Source: Macrostomum lignano
Taxonomy: Eukaryota
DNA length: 64,000 nt
Assembly: GCA_002269645.1 (NCBI GenBank)
Contig: NIVC01001012.1
Span: forward strand, 75,553 to 139,552
Direction of reading: 5' to 3'
Positions 1 through 9,789 of the stretch are shown here, in pieces. Under the pieces are notes generated by a model. That model had not been told where the DNA came from and ran no database searches. It worked only from the letters and a program-made list of their open reading frames with translations. Within the stretch, counting starts at the first letter, position 1; every line of letters starts with the position of its first letter. The translations under genes and the position numbers were made by a program.

Positions 1-152
1 GCTTTCCGCAACAACTCGACCGAGTCTCGATTGACTTGGTAACCAGGAAGTCTCGCTAAGAGCTTCCTCTTCGGAGCGCTCCTCTTCCGTGGGGAGTATG
101 ACTCCGGTGCCGCTTTGGACCGCTTGTATTTATAGACGATTTTGTGGGCCAA

Positions 153-325
153 AAATAGTAACATGATTCACTTGTTGCGCTACAAGGGGTAACATGATTC
201 ATCGTGTGGTTATAAATAGTAACATGACTCATTCTGCTGCTGTAAATAGTAACATGAATCATTCTGCTGCTATAAATAGTAACATGAATCATTCTGCTGC
301 TATAAATAGGAACATGAATCATTCT
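153..325. repeat. 30-bp minisatellite (AAATAGTAACATGAATCATTCTGCTGCTAT), ~6 copies
   Basis: Directly visible tandem units; explains the periodic MIHVTIYSSR ORF at 56-322. Confidence 0.9.
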
Positions 326-393
326 TAAGTTTAGGTGCGCATGCGTGCGCTTACTTACTTATAGTAGCATTCTACGATTTTCAATTTACTTCT

Positions 394-1364
394 TTGCGGG
401 AGGTAGAACACTCTACACAGGAGAAGTTCTCCAAGATTTGCTCTCGCGATTTTTATTCCAATGACTTCATTGAAGCATCGGCAGATACCAACGTCACATG
501 TAATAAGAAAAGCGAGTCGCTATCAAGGAAGTGTGTGAAGCTTGGAGCGGTTCCATCCATCTTCCCGAATCGGCGGAATGCTCCCATCTACTTGCTATTG
601 GACAAGAAGGCACCGCGAGCAACCACAGTGTCAGTGACATTGTCTAAGCGCATGGAGAGATAGCTGGAATTGGAGTCTTTCTAGAAGCTGACTTCATTGC
701 TGAGACAGACCTTCAGGAGATCCAGCGCAAGCTCGAGCAGGAAGCAACCAAGCCAGCTGGATTTCAGACGACTATCCAAGGCCAGCTCTGCATCTATAAG
801 CTAAAGGCAGCGAGTGTTCCGCGTTTCCTGCAGCATTTGTCTGGCCGAAGACCTTTCCGTCACGTATGAAGCCAATGGACTGCAGCTAAAAGCAAGCTTG
901 TTCAGCGACCTACTGACTGGAGGAAAAGCTTTGACTCCCAGCCAGCTTGTGAATCTCATGTCGAGAATCAAGAATTGGACTGAAGATTCACGCAAGGCCG
1001 AGTCGACACGAGACTGAGGTCTCCAGTCTGCTGGATGCGGTGCAAGACCTCTTGGAGGAAGCAGAAGGGCTGACAGACAATCGGACTGTGAGCTTTGCCC
1101 TGGAGCAGCTGAAGCTGAGCAGGAAGCCATCATGCACCCGGAGGTACTCCAAGGATCTCCTTGTGTTCTCCTGCTTGATCTATTCCATCAGTGCCCCAGC
1201 ATGCAATGGACAATGCTTAAGCAGGACGCCATCTGCCTCCCGTCTATAGCACGTCAAGGTCAATAACTGCAAGAGTTGGATCTTCAAGAAGCCTTGACAG
1301 TGAAGGCTTCCTTGCGCTGAGAGCTTCAAAGCTGTCACAGATGGAGAAGGTCGTGACCCTGGTC
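394..1364 (+). pseudogene. Decayed THAP-domain / P-element-like (THAP9-type) transposase, 5' part
   Basis: THAP C-terminal motifs KICSRDF..DF (H of CSxHF lost) and GAVPSIF. Transposase-like LEQLKL..RRYSKDLLVFSCLIYSISAPA follows, then SKLSQMEKVVTLV up to the LINE insertion. Broken into several frames. Confidence 0.7.
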
Positions 1365-1416
1365 CAAGTCTCCTTGATGGCCCTGGGCTCTAGCCAGAAA
1401 TTGCATTTAATACAGT

Positions 1417-1758
1417 ATGAATAAGCTCCACGCTGCCAAAGGAGCGACATTCTGTCTGCAAATTAATTTACAGCATTGCGTATCTGCGTCAGTAAATCTG
1501 ATGAAGATTGCTGAGCTGTACAGGCCAGGCCTCATCCTGATCTAGGAACCCTGGATGCGCAACGGTAAGTTGCCCAACATTCCCTCTGGCTACTCTGATT
1601 TTTATGTGTGTGGCCCGGGGAACAGCCGCCCTAGAGCGGCTATCCTCGCTGCTAGCCATCTCCAGACTTGGCTGAGGACTGATCTCTCTGATGGAGACCT
1701 TTGCGTCATCCAATCTAATCATTTCTCTCCGCGTACGTGTCTTGTTGCCTCGGTTTAT
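1417..1758 (+). pseudogene. LINE ORF2 N-terminal APE endonuclease part (premature stop)
   Basis: MNKL..CLQINLQHC...LILI*EPW (TAG at 1543-1545 where QEPW is expected) ... CLVASVY; resumes as MPSS at 2034. Confidence 0.85.
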
Positions 1759-2033
1759 CCTCTATTTGACTGCAGTTTTAGGCGCTTATAACCGTTCCCG
1801 ACGGATAGGCCGAAAACAGCCATAGACAGTTTTCAAATTTACGATCATAAATGTTGCTGCTACCACCGTTCCCGCCTAGATGAAGGAATGAAATTCTATT
1901 GATTATAAATATGGTTATATATAGCAGTCAGTAGTTCTTATACATAATATTTATATGGCCGTTTTCGGCCTCTAGTCGTCGGGAACGGCTGTGGTAAAAA
2001 ATCCAACAAATCTGGCCCATAGAGATTGATTTT
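1759..2033. mobile_element. ~275-bp AT-rich insertion with internal inverted repeat (unclassified MITE/HINE-like)
   Basis: Splits the EN frame SVY|MPS. Inverted arms at 1791-1824 and 1954-1989; no convincing TSD. Confidence 0.65.
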
Positions 2034-4358
2034 ATGCCGTCTAGCTTGGAGGTAGACAGAATGGACGAAAACGGCCATCCGTCTGCCTATGGTTATATCC
2101 CAGGCGACAGAGACCCTGCTCCTGAGAGTTTACTGCGCCTCGCGCAGTACTGCGAGTCCCAGAACGCTGAGCTGTGCTTAGGGGGCGACCTCAACGCGCA
2201 CCACAAGCACTGGGGCAGCAAAGATACCAACACTAGAGGAGAGGAGCTCCTGGCCCTCATCTCTAACACAAACCTCATGCTCTGCAACCGCGGCAGCACT
2301 CCTACCTTTAATAATGGCAGATGGACCGAGGCCCTCGACGCCACACTCGTTACCCCAAGACTCTTTGACAGAGTTGAGGAGTGGAGAGTCTGGTCTGAGG
2401 AGCCCTCCCTGTCTGACCACTGCTTTATCGCCTTTAACATCGCGGACACTAAAACCCAGTCTCCGATCACTTGGAGACGCAATATCCGCAACACTGATTG
2501 GGCGGCCTACAAGGCTGCCCTTGATCTGCACCTGCAGGAACTCACGGACTTACGTCCGATTGAGACCTGCGAGGATGTGGATCATATGGCTGAGACGCTG
2601 ACAGGTTGCATTATTGAAGCCTACGAAGCGGCTTGTCCTGCTCGCGCCTACAAAGGCAAGACCTCGGCGCCGTGGTGGAACCCGGAGCTGGGGAAACTCA
2701 GGCGGAAGGCCAAAAGCCTTCATCGCCGTGCCATGAAGACCGGAAACCCGGAGGACATGGAGCTTTTCCGGCAAGCCTCCCGCAATTTCAAATCTGAAGT
2801 GCGCAAGGCCAAGGAATGTAAGTGGCGCCAATTCTGCAATGAATTGGATCAAGACAGACCTACTTCTAGGCTTGTCAAGGCCCTTACAATGGACAAAATT
2901 TCCAAATTAGCCATGATCAAAAAAGATGATGGCTCTCTTACTAAAGACCCTGAAGAAGTGCTTCAGCATATGCTTAGCACATTCTTCCCGAGGGTACCTA
3001 CTGCTAGACCGGAGCCCAACCATTCGATGGATGGAGCCACCCTAGCGGCGGGCATTGTCACTGAAGACCTAATCGCTCGTGCGGTCAGAACCTTCAAACC
3101 CTTCAAATCTCCTGGACCTGATGGTATCTACCCTGTTCTCCTTCGTGAAGCAGCCAAGATACCCTCGTTCCTGAGACTCACCCGCAATCTTATGCGGGCC
3201 TCTATCCAGCTGGGATACGTTCCTAAATGCTGGACTGAAGCTCGGGTAGTCTTTATTCCCAAACCTGGGAAGGGTGACTACCAAAGCGTCAAGGCCTTCC
3301 GGCCTATTAGCTTCACGTCAGCAATGCTTAAGCTCACTGAGAGGCTTATTCTCTGGCGGCTGCTGTCCTGCGAGCTGACAGCGATGCCCCTCAGCAATAA
3401 TCAGCACGCCTTCCGTACCGGGAGGTCGACTGACAGCGCCCTGCATGCGATTATCGAGAAGATTGAAAGGGCGGTACTGGGTGACGGTTACGCTCTGGCT
3501 CTCTTTCTTGACATTGTTGGCGCCTTCGACAACGTTATCTTTGAAGCGTTTCAGAGGGCCCTTCAAAATCGCAAAGCTAATACTACCCTCATACGGTGGA
3601 TCATGTACATGATCTCCAACCGTACGGTCACTGCCCAACTTCTTGGGCAAACTGCCTCCACCAGAGTCTGTAAGGGTGGACCCCAAGGCGGAGTCCTCAC
3701 CCCGACGCTCTGGAACCTGGTCATGGACGCTCTTTTGAGTGACTCCCGACCCGACCCCGTCTTCAAAGTCGGGTATGCTGATGACGTCACGGCCATTGTG
3801 GCAGGACCGTCTCCCAGCACGCTCAGGGATCTGATGCAGAGCTTTATCCGCAAAGCAGAATCCTGGGCCAATGACAATGGTCTGGAACTCTCTGAGCCCA
3901 AAACCGTTGCCATTATGTTTACCAGCAGACTACGCTGGAACATACGTCCTCTGCAGCTCTACGGCAGAGATATTGCCTTCGCGCACCAGACCAGATGTCT
4001 CGGGGTCATACTTGACCACCGGCTCAACTGGTCCTCCCACGTGAAAGCAAAAGCCAAGCGTGCCTCAGCCATCCTGGCCCAGCTCCGACGAGCACTTGGC
4101 ACTTCTTGGGGTCTATCCCCAAAGCGGCTTTGGTGGATCTATACTTCCGTAGTTAGACCTGCCATTACGTACGCCTCTGTTGTCTGGGTTAGCGCTACCC
4201 AGGTCAAAAGCCATGCAGACCTGCTCAACACGATCCAAGGCAGAGCGTGTAGGCTCATCTGCAACGCCACCAGGTCCACGCCCTTTGCTGGCATGGGGGC
4301 CTTCCTTAATCTTCCGCCTCTGGACCTCTTTATCAGGGGTGAGGCGGCTAGAACTTGA
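2034..4358 (+). CDS. LINE ORF2: endonuclease C-terminal half plus reverse transcriptase
   Basis: GGDLNAHH, SDH, PWWN, SPGPDG, FRPIS, LDIVGAFD, PQGGVL, YADD, LGVILD motifs. Confidence 0.95.
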   Translation: MPSSLEVDRMDENGHPSAYGYIPGDRDPAPESLLRLAQYCESQNAELCLGGDLNAHHKHWGSKDTNTRGEELLALISNTNLMLCNRGSTPTFNNGRWTEALDATLVTPRLFDRVEEWRVWSEEPSLSDHCFIAFNIADTKTQSPITWRRNIRNTDWAAYKAALDLHLQELTDLRPIETCEDVDHMAETLTGCIIEAYEAACPARAYKGKTSAPWWNPELGKLRRKAKSLHRRAMKTGNPEDMELFRQASRNFKSEVRKAKECKWRQFCNELDQDRPTSRLVKALTMDKISKLAMIKKDDGSLTKDPEEVLQHMLSTFFPRVPTARPEPNHSMDGATLAAGIVTEDLIARAVRTFKPFKSPGPDGIYPVLLREAAKIPSFLRLTRNLMRASIQLGYVPKCWTEARVVFIPKPGKGDYQSVKAFRPISFTSAMLKLTERLILWRLLSCELTAMPLSNNQHAFRTGRSTDSALHAIIEKIERAVLGDGYALALFLDIVGAFDNVIFEAFQRALQNRKANTTLIRWIMYMISNRTVTAQLLGQTASTRVCKGGPQGGVLTPTLWNLVMDALLSDSRPDPVFKVGYADDVTAIVAGPSPSTLRDLMQSFIRKAESWANDNGLELSEPKTVAIMFTSRLRWNIRPLQLYGRDIAFAHQTRCLGVILDHRLNWSSHVKAKAKRASAILAQLRRALGTSWGLSPKRLWWIYTSVVRPAITYASVVWVSATQVKSHADLLNTIQGRACRLICNATRSTPFAGMGAFLNLPPLDLFIRGEAART

Positions 4359-5265
4359 AAACGTCGGTTCTAAGCAGTCAGCCAACACCGGCTTTGGTGT
4401 TGGAATCTTTCTGAACGGGAGGGTCATCGCTACCCACGCTCAATACACTGGGGTCAACTCCAGTGTTTTCCAAAATGAAGTTCTGGCCATCAGCTCCTGC
4501 ACTGCAGAGCTTCTCGCCACTGGCGTTACTGGTAAGAACATCATTTTCCATTCGGACAGCCAAGCTGCCTTGCACGCCATCAGTGGCTGCAGCACCAACT
4601 CTGCTACAGTCCTCGACTGTATCAAACTCCTCAACGTGTTGGGTTCCGCCAACAAAATTACCCTTAAGTGGGTTCCGGGGCATGTGGGGATCCGAGGAAA
4701 TGAGTTGGCTGACACCCTTGCAAAAGTTGGTGCCTCTGGCTCCTCTCTCGGCCCCGAACCTCTTGTCCCGATTCCTGGCTGTGTCATCGACTCGCGCATC
4801 AAAGCGTGGATCAGGACTCAGCACCGCTCGACTTGGGCGAACCGCACGAACTGCAGGCAATCCAGAGGCGCTGTCCCTCAGCCCTCTCACCAGCTCCGGA
4901 AGCTCCTCTTGCGCCTCTCGCGCAGAGACATCCGGGCTGCCACCATGACCCTCTCTGGTCACGGCTGCTTCTCCAGGCACCAGTACCTGCAGGGCAACGC
5001 CACCAATGCCACCTGCAGTTTCTGCAACTCAGGTGACGAAACCGCTGAGCATTTCGTCAGCATCTGTCCCGCCTTCACGCGGGCCAGACTCACTTACCTC
5101 GGGCCACACACATCTATTACTGAAGCGTGCAAACCCGAAAACTTTAATCAGCTCATGCGCTACCTTCGGGCCACCCGCAGGGCTGAACTCTCCTTTCCAG
5201 AGAGCATTATAGCTGCTGGCGACACTGGGGGACCTTCCTGGGCGGCGCCAACCCTCCGTCCATAG
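4355..5265 (+). CDS. LINE ORF2 RNase H plus CCHC domain (frameshifted from the RT frame)
   Basis: SVFQNEVLAI, SDSQAAL, WVPGHVGIRGNELADTLAK, CSFC..ETAEHFVSIC. Confidence 0.9.
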
Positions 5266-5364
5266 CGACGTGTCGGCCGTTCAGGGACTAGCGGAATGGG
5301 CGCTCGCGCCTTCCCGCTGTGTCCCCTCCGGGACAGCCCTGCAGCTAAGTCAAAGACCCTGGTC

Positions 5365-5500
5365 AACGACGAGATCTACATCGCAAGTAGGATTGAATCG
5401 GTGCCACCATTCACGGACGAAGCAACAGGCCAGTCTGTGTTCCTGCTATTCGATCCGGTGCACAACTTGAAAACGTCGAAAACTTTCCCTGCCGAGGAGT
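5365..5500 (+). pseudogene. Continuation of P-element-like transposase (catalytic D and DxxH motifs, internally deleted)
   Basis: NDEIYIASRIES followed almost directly by VFLLFDPVHNLK. Confidence 0.75.
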
Positions 5501-5815
5501 CTTCCATTCTCCATCCATCTCCGGCTCTTGTAATTGCAATTGTTCTTAAACAAGTTTGCTCAGAGCCTGGCTCTAAATCAATATTTTCTCTATTATTGCC
5601 ATATATTCTCATTATGAAGTCTAAATAATCATGCTAGTAGCAGCAATGTTTCCAAAATATAATCGCTTTTGTATGCTGTTGGTGTTAAAGACTCGTAACA
5701 GGTCTCTGAGAGATAAAATGCCCCTTTTTACTCACACAATAGCTGGAAAGGGTTGCCACACTAAGGTAAATGCGTGTGGGGAGCTTCCCGTCCAGTGATG
5801 CTATTTTTAGGAGTC

Positions 5816-6487
5816 CCTGGACAGACCAAGCCCATAGGCTAAGGTCTGAGATGCTCCACGCCTGCCCCTATCTTCAGCGGATAAAGGCTGGTGGGAGGTC
5901 TGCACCCCCTATTTGCCGCTGCAGCCGCAGACCCCCCCCCCCACGCTGTCTCGCAAGTCGACCCTGGGGAGACTCTAGGGTTCAAGGCAGACCCTAGGGC
6001 TGCCGGACAGACTGGGCTCGGGCGCTGGGGACCCATCCAGTGGCTTCTGCCGAACTTGGGTATGCGGGTCTGGCTCGCCAGTCCGCAGGCCGTAGTACTG
6101 CATGCTCAGCGTACCCTCTAATGCCTAAGGTGTTCGACCGTGTCGATGGGCTGGAAGGCCGGGGAGTAGTCCGGTCGCAAGCGGTTCCCCTCCTGGTGTC
6201 GGGCCCGCCTTGAGGGTTCTTTTGGCCTACTGCCCGGTCAGGTGGAGCAGCCAGGTGGGTACCGCGCGGCGCGCCTCTTTGAGGGTAGCCCACCAACCTT
6301 TATCATGGCCTTCGAGCCGACTATGGATAATCAAGCTGCTGGCGACACTGGGGGACCTCCCTGGGCGGCGCCAACCCTCCGTCCATAGCGACGCGTCGGC
6401 CATTCAGGGATTAGCGGAATGGGCGTTCGCGCCTTCCCGCTGTGTCCCCCTCCGGGACAGCCCTGCAGCTAAGTCAAGTCAAGTCAA
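5816..6487 (+). mobile_element. Non-autonomous retroelement sharing the LINE 3' end (LINE deletion derivative or SINE-like)
   Basis: 6334-6487 nearly identical to 5211-5353, with (AAGTC)3 tail; candidate 7/8 TSD TAGGAGTC (5808) / TAAGAGTC (6488); GC-rich hairpin-forming 5' body. Confidence 0.8.
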
Positions 6488-6897
6488 TAAGAGTCAAACC
6501 AAGCGGAACCACACCATTAAATCACATACGCTCGTACAAGGTAAAATACTGCAGTAAGAGACACATGTGTAAACTATATAGAATTTGTCAGAGCATTCTT
6601 TCAACTTATCAAAAACAAATTTTAACAGTAGAATCATAGGAGAAAAGCTTTATAACAGCTAATATCATATCATATTTATCATTACTTGTTATTCTTCGTA
6701 CCGACATGTACTCTGGATGAACCTGAACAAAATGAACAGATACTTTTGACATCGATAGACTAATAGCAGTCAGAAAGAGCCATAAAAGTCGACTTTTCTG
6801 CGGCCAGTGTAGTATGAGTGACTGCCTCAATGTAGAGCCCGAAAGCCTGGAGTTCTTCTAGATCTATCAAAATGATGAGGCATAATGATGATAGACC

Positions 6898-6955
6898 AGC
6901 TGCAGGGCTGTCCCGGAGGGACACAGCGGGAAGGCGCGGGCGCCCATTCCGCAAA
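6898..6955 (-). mobile_element. Very short 5'-truncated copy of the same LINE 3' end
   Basis: Reverse complement of GCGGAATGGGCG..GGGACAGCCCTGCAGCT, flanked by direct repeat GATAGACC(AGC) at 6890 and 6956. Confidence 0.85.
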
Positions 6956-8639
6956 GATAGACCAGCACAGGTAATGCTTTTGTTCCAAAACAGATTAAAG
7001 ATATGGCTCCAAAGTTTTGAGGATGGTATTAGCGTTCCAATGCTGAAATGCCATCCCACACGAAGATTGTGTAGGTCGCGTGTTAAAGTGCAGCACGGGC
7101 CTGCTGCGCGTGGCAGCTTTGGCACGTGCGACCGAACCGCGCCCCTGCCACCCCCTGCAGCCCGTGACGTGTGCCTAGAAGGCGAGGACAGTAAATGGAG
7201 GAGAGAGCTAAAAACTTTCTCTCCCCGTAAAGTTAAATAAACTCGCACATCGGTTCGAGAGACTCCACCGATCTTTACACACTACGGGCCTGAGCTCGGC
7301 CGTTAGGCTTGTGTCCACGGAAAAATCTAACCGGAGCATTGAAAATGGTTTTTGTGTTCCATCTTTTGCTGTCGTAGACAGAAGGTAGTGGATAGCTCGT
7401 ACCAACAAAATATCCGCTATAGATGGAACCACGAGCTCGTAGTTATAGATAGCACAATAGTGGCGAAGTCAGGAATAGTAGGGAAAAGTGCATACAGTCG
7501 GAGGGCTTCGCTTTTTTAAGCTTGAACCTGCCGTCGTCGAGTTTAAATGAAACCAGAAGGTAGATTCACTTAGGCAAAGTAAACTAACCTACTGAACGCA
7601 TGGTGCCGGCTAGGTAAATTAACCTTCAGTAGTAAATTTGCTCCCTGGAGGATTTCGCGGTAGGTTAATTTGCCGAAATTTACTTCACTAGCGCAGCAGC
7701 GGCGTCAGTTAATTTACGTTAGTAAGCATTAATAGCGTGACGAAATTTACTGTTGCTTAAAAGTTAATTAAACTTTAAGCTAGTAGTTAATTACCCCCCA
7801 ATATTAACCTTCTTTTTCCACGGGTGCTGTAGCTCAAAATTTTGCAAGTCTAAAATCTTAAAATCTTAAAATCTTTTAAATCTAAAATTTCTAGGAATTT
7901 CGGATAATTTGTGTTGGCGAATTTCAAGCGTATAAAATTTCAAGTCAATTAAAAAAGTATGTCAGCTATTATGACTTTTAGCCAATATAAATTTATGAGT
8001 CCTTTTCCGACTTGTTTATTGACAGAAGTAGAGCACTGGGCCATTAATCATTGTAGCAACTGCTAAATTTTGGTCTGTATATTATAAAATTTCTCTGCAT
8101 ATTGCTTTCAATTCTAGAAGGTTTCTTTGATTTGGCCGAGCATCATCCATAAAAAATTTCAAAATATTGACGTATTGAGGATACTCAGAAGCATAAAAAA
8201 TCGCCATCACAGAAGACTCCGTCTGTGATCGCCACTTTTGAGAGTGCAGGTAAAGTCTCTCAATCTTTGCGAGTGACGCAACTCAGCTATGCCGCGGCAG
8301 ACTTGAACTGAGGAATGAACTGGGGGAAGGGGAGCAGTGTGCGAGGGTTAAACGGATTAAAGCTACCCCGATCAGTTTTCTCGTGTCTTTTAGTTCAGAA
8401 AACAGTCCAAGAGAGATTGCTCACTGGCGCATAGAGTAAGGACTTTTCAATGTTGCTGAGTATATATCAGAATTTTTACAAGATTATGCGAATCTAGTAC
8501 TGTACCTCAGGTATCACAGTAATTTTAATTACTAATTTTAAAAATTCATGCCAACATTAGACAAAAGGATATTTTCAAAGGTAAAAGTTGCTTATTTATC
8601 GTTTATGGTAAAAAATTTAGAAGGTAAAGTTATTGAGTA

Positions 8640-8814
8640 TATGGGTATTTTGTTGTACTTTTTATTTGCAACTCAGATTTGTCATAAATTACCATAGACT
8701 AATTTCCTTTCACAGTTCTTTCTCGCAGTTTAGTTTCTCGCCCCAAGCCCTCTCGTCTTTAACTCATAAAATATATTGCAATTCGAATCTAAGTCAAGTT
8801 GTAGTTTCACTACA
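8640..8814 (+). repeat. 5' LTR
   Basis: Identical to 13177-13351 except one C/T difference; ends in TCACTACA. Confidence 0.95.
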
Positions 8815-8817
8815 AAT

Positions 8818-8833
8818 TGGTCCGGTGAGGCGG
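8818..8833 (+). promoter_or_regulatory. Primer binding site TGGTCCGGTGAGGCGG (probably tRNA-Tyr)
   Basis: Starts with TGG 3 nt after the LTR; complement ends GGACCA like eukaryotic tRNA-Tyr 3' ends. Confidence 0.65.
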
Positions 8834-8879
8834 CGAAAGATATTACTCGCATACTCAATACTTACAGAAGACAAATCCA

Positions 8880-9789
8880 ATGACGGACAGTGCAAGCAAC
8901 AATTCCGCTCCTACACCACCTACAACCACGCAAGCCGCACCAAGTTCGGCCGCACCAGTGGTTACACATGCAGTAGGAAACGCCGCCGACACCGCTTCAG
9001 TCTCCCTGGCCCACCTGAAGCTGCCAATCTTCTATCGCAACAACCCGGAAGCATGGTTCCTCACGCTGGAGGCCCAGTTTATGCTCAACAGGGTGACCAA
9101 CGAGACCGCCAAATTTTACCACCTAGTCTCTCATCTACCGGAGGATATCGCGGCTCTGCACTTGTCCGCCCAGACTCCAAAACAGTATGAACAACTGAAA
9201 ACTGCGATTACATCGACTCTGCAAAAGTCCAAGCAGGAGAAGGTTTCGGAAGTATTGCAAGTCTCGGACCTCGGAGGAGACAAGCCATCAATCTTCATGC
9301 GCAAACTCCGGAGCAAGATGGAGCAGTGCCAGATACAGCCCGACGAGGAACTCCTCAAGGCCACTCTGATGCGCTGTCTTCCACAGGACCTTCGTATCGC
9401 ACTGTCGGGATTTCAACAGCAGTCATCCCAGCAAATTTCCGAGATTGCTGACTCGTCAGATGTTGGTCGTCAGAGGCCTTAGCTCTCCATCGCCAGCGAC
9501 AGTTTGCCCAATTCAGCAGGCCGGTGCAGATAGGACACCCCAACAGCGCTTTGAGCAAGCTCCACACCGACAAGCACCTGGTAAGCCCACTGGAACAGAC
9601 CCATTTAAGCCTGGCCAACGCCCCGTCGTTTGCCGCTCACACCTCTACTATGGCCGCCGTGCTCGGTCGTGTCGCCCGTGGTGCCAGTTTCCCAAGGACA
9701 GCTCGCGTCCGATCCGAGTGCTGCATCCCAATGAAAAAACGCCATCTCAGTCGCGTTCATCATCACCTTCTCGACAGCCGGAAAACTAA
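8880..9789 (+). CDS. gag: Gag (one frameshift near 9460)
   Basis: [20 protein letters not shown] capsid motif in 8880-9482; CxxHxxYGxxAxxCxxxC knuckle in the 9445-9789 frame. Confidence 0.9.

Larger units (their letters stand above)
1365..5354 (+). mobile_element. 5'-truncated non-LTR retrotransposon (I group, R1/LOA-like) with (AAGTC)n-type 3' end
   Basis: 10-bp TSD GACCCTGGTC at 1355-1364 and 5355-5364; EN, RT, RNase H and CCHC domains inside. Confidence 0.92.
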
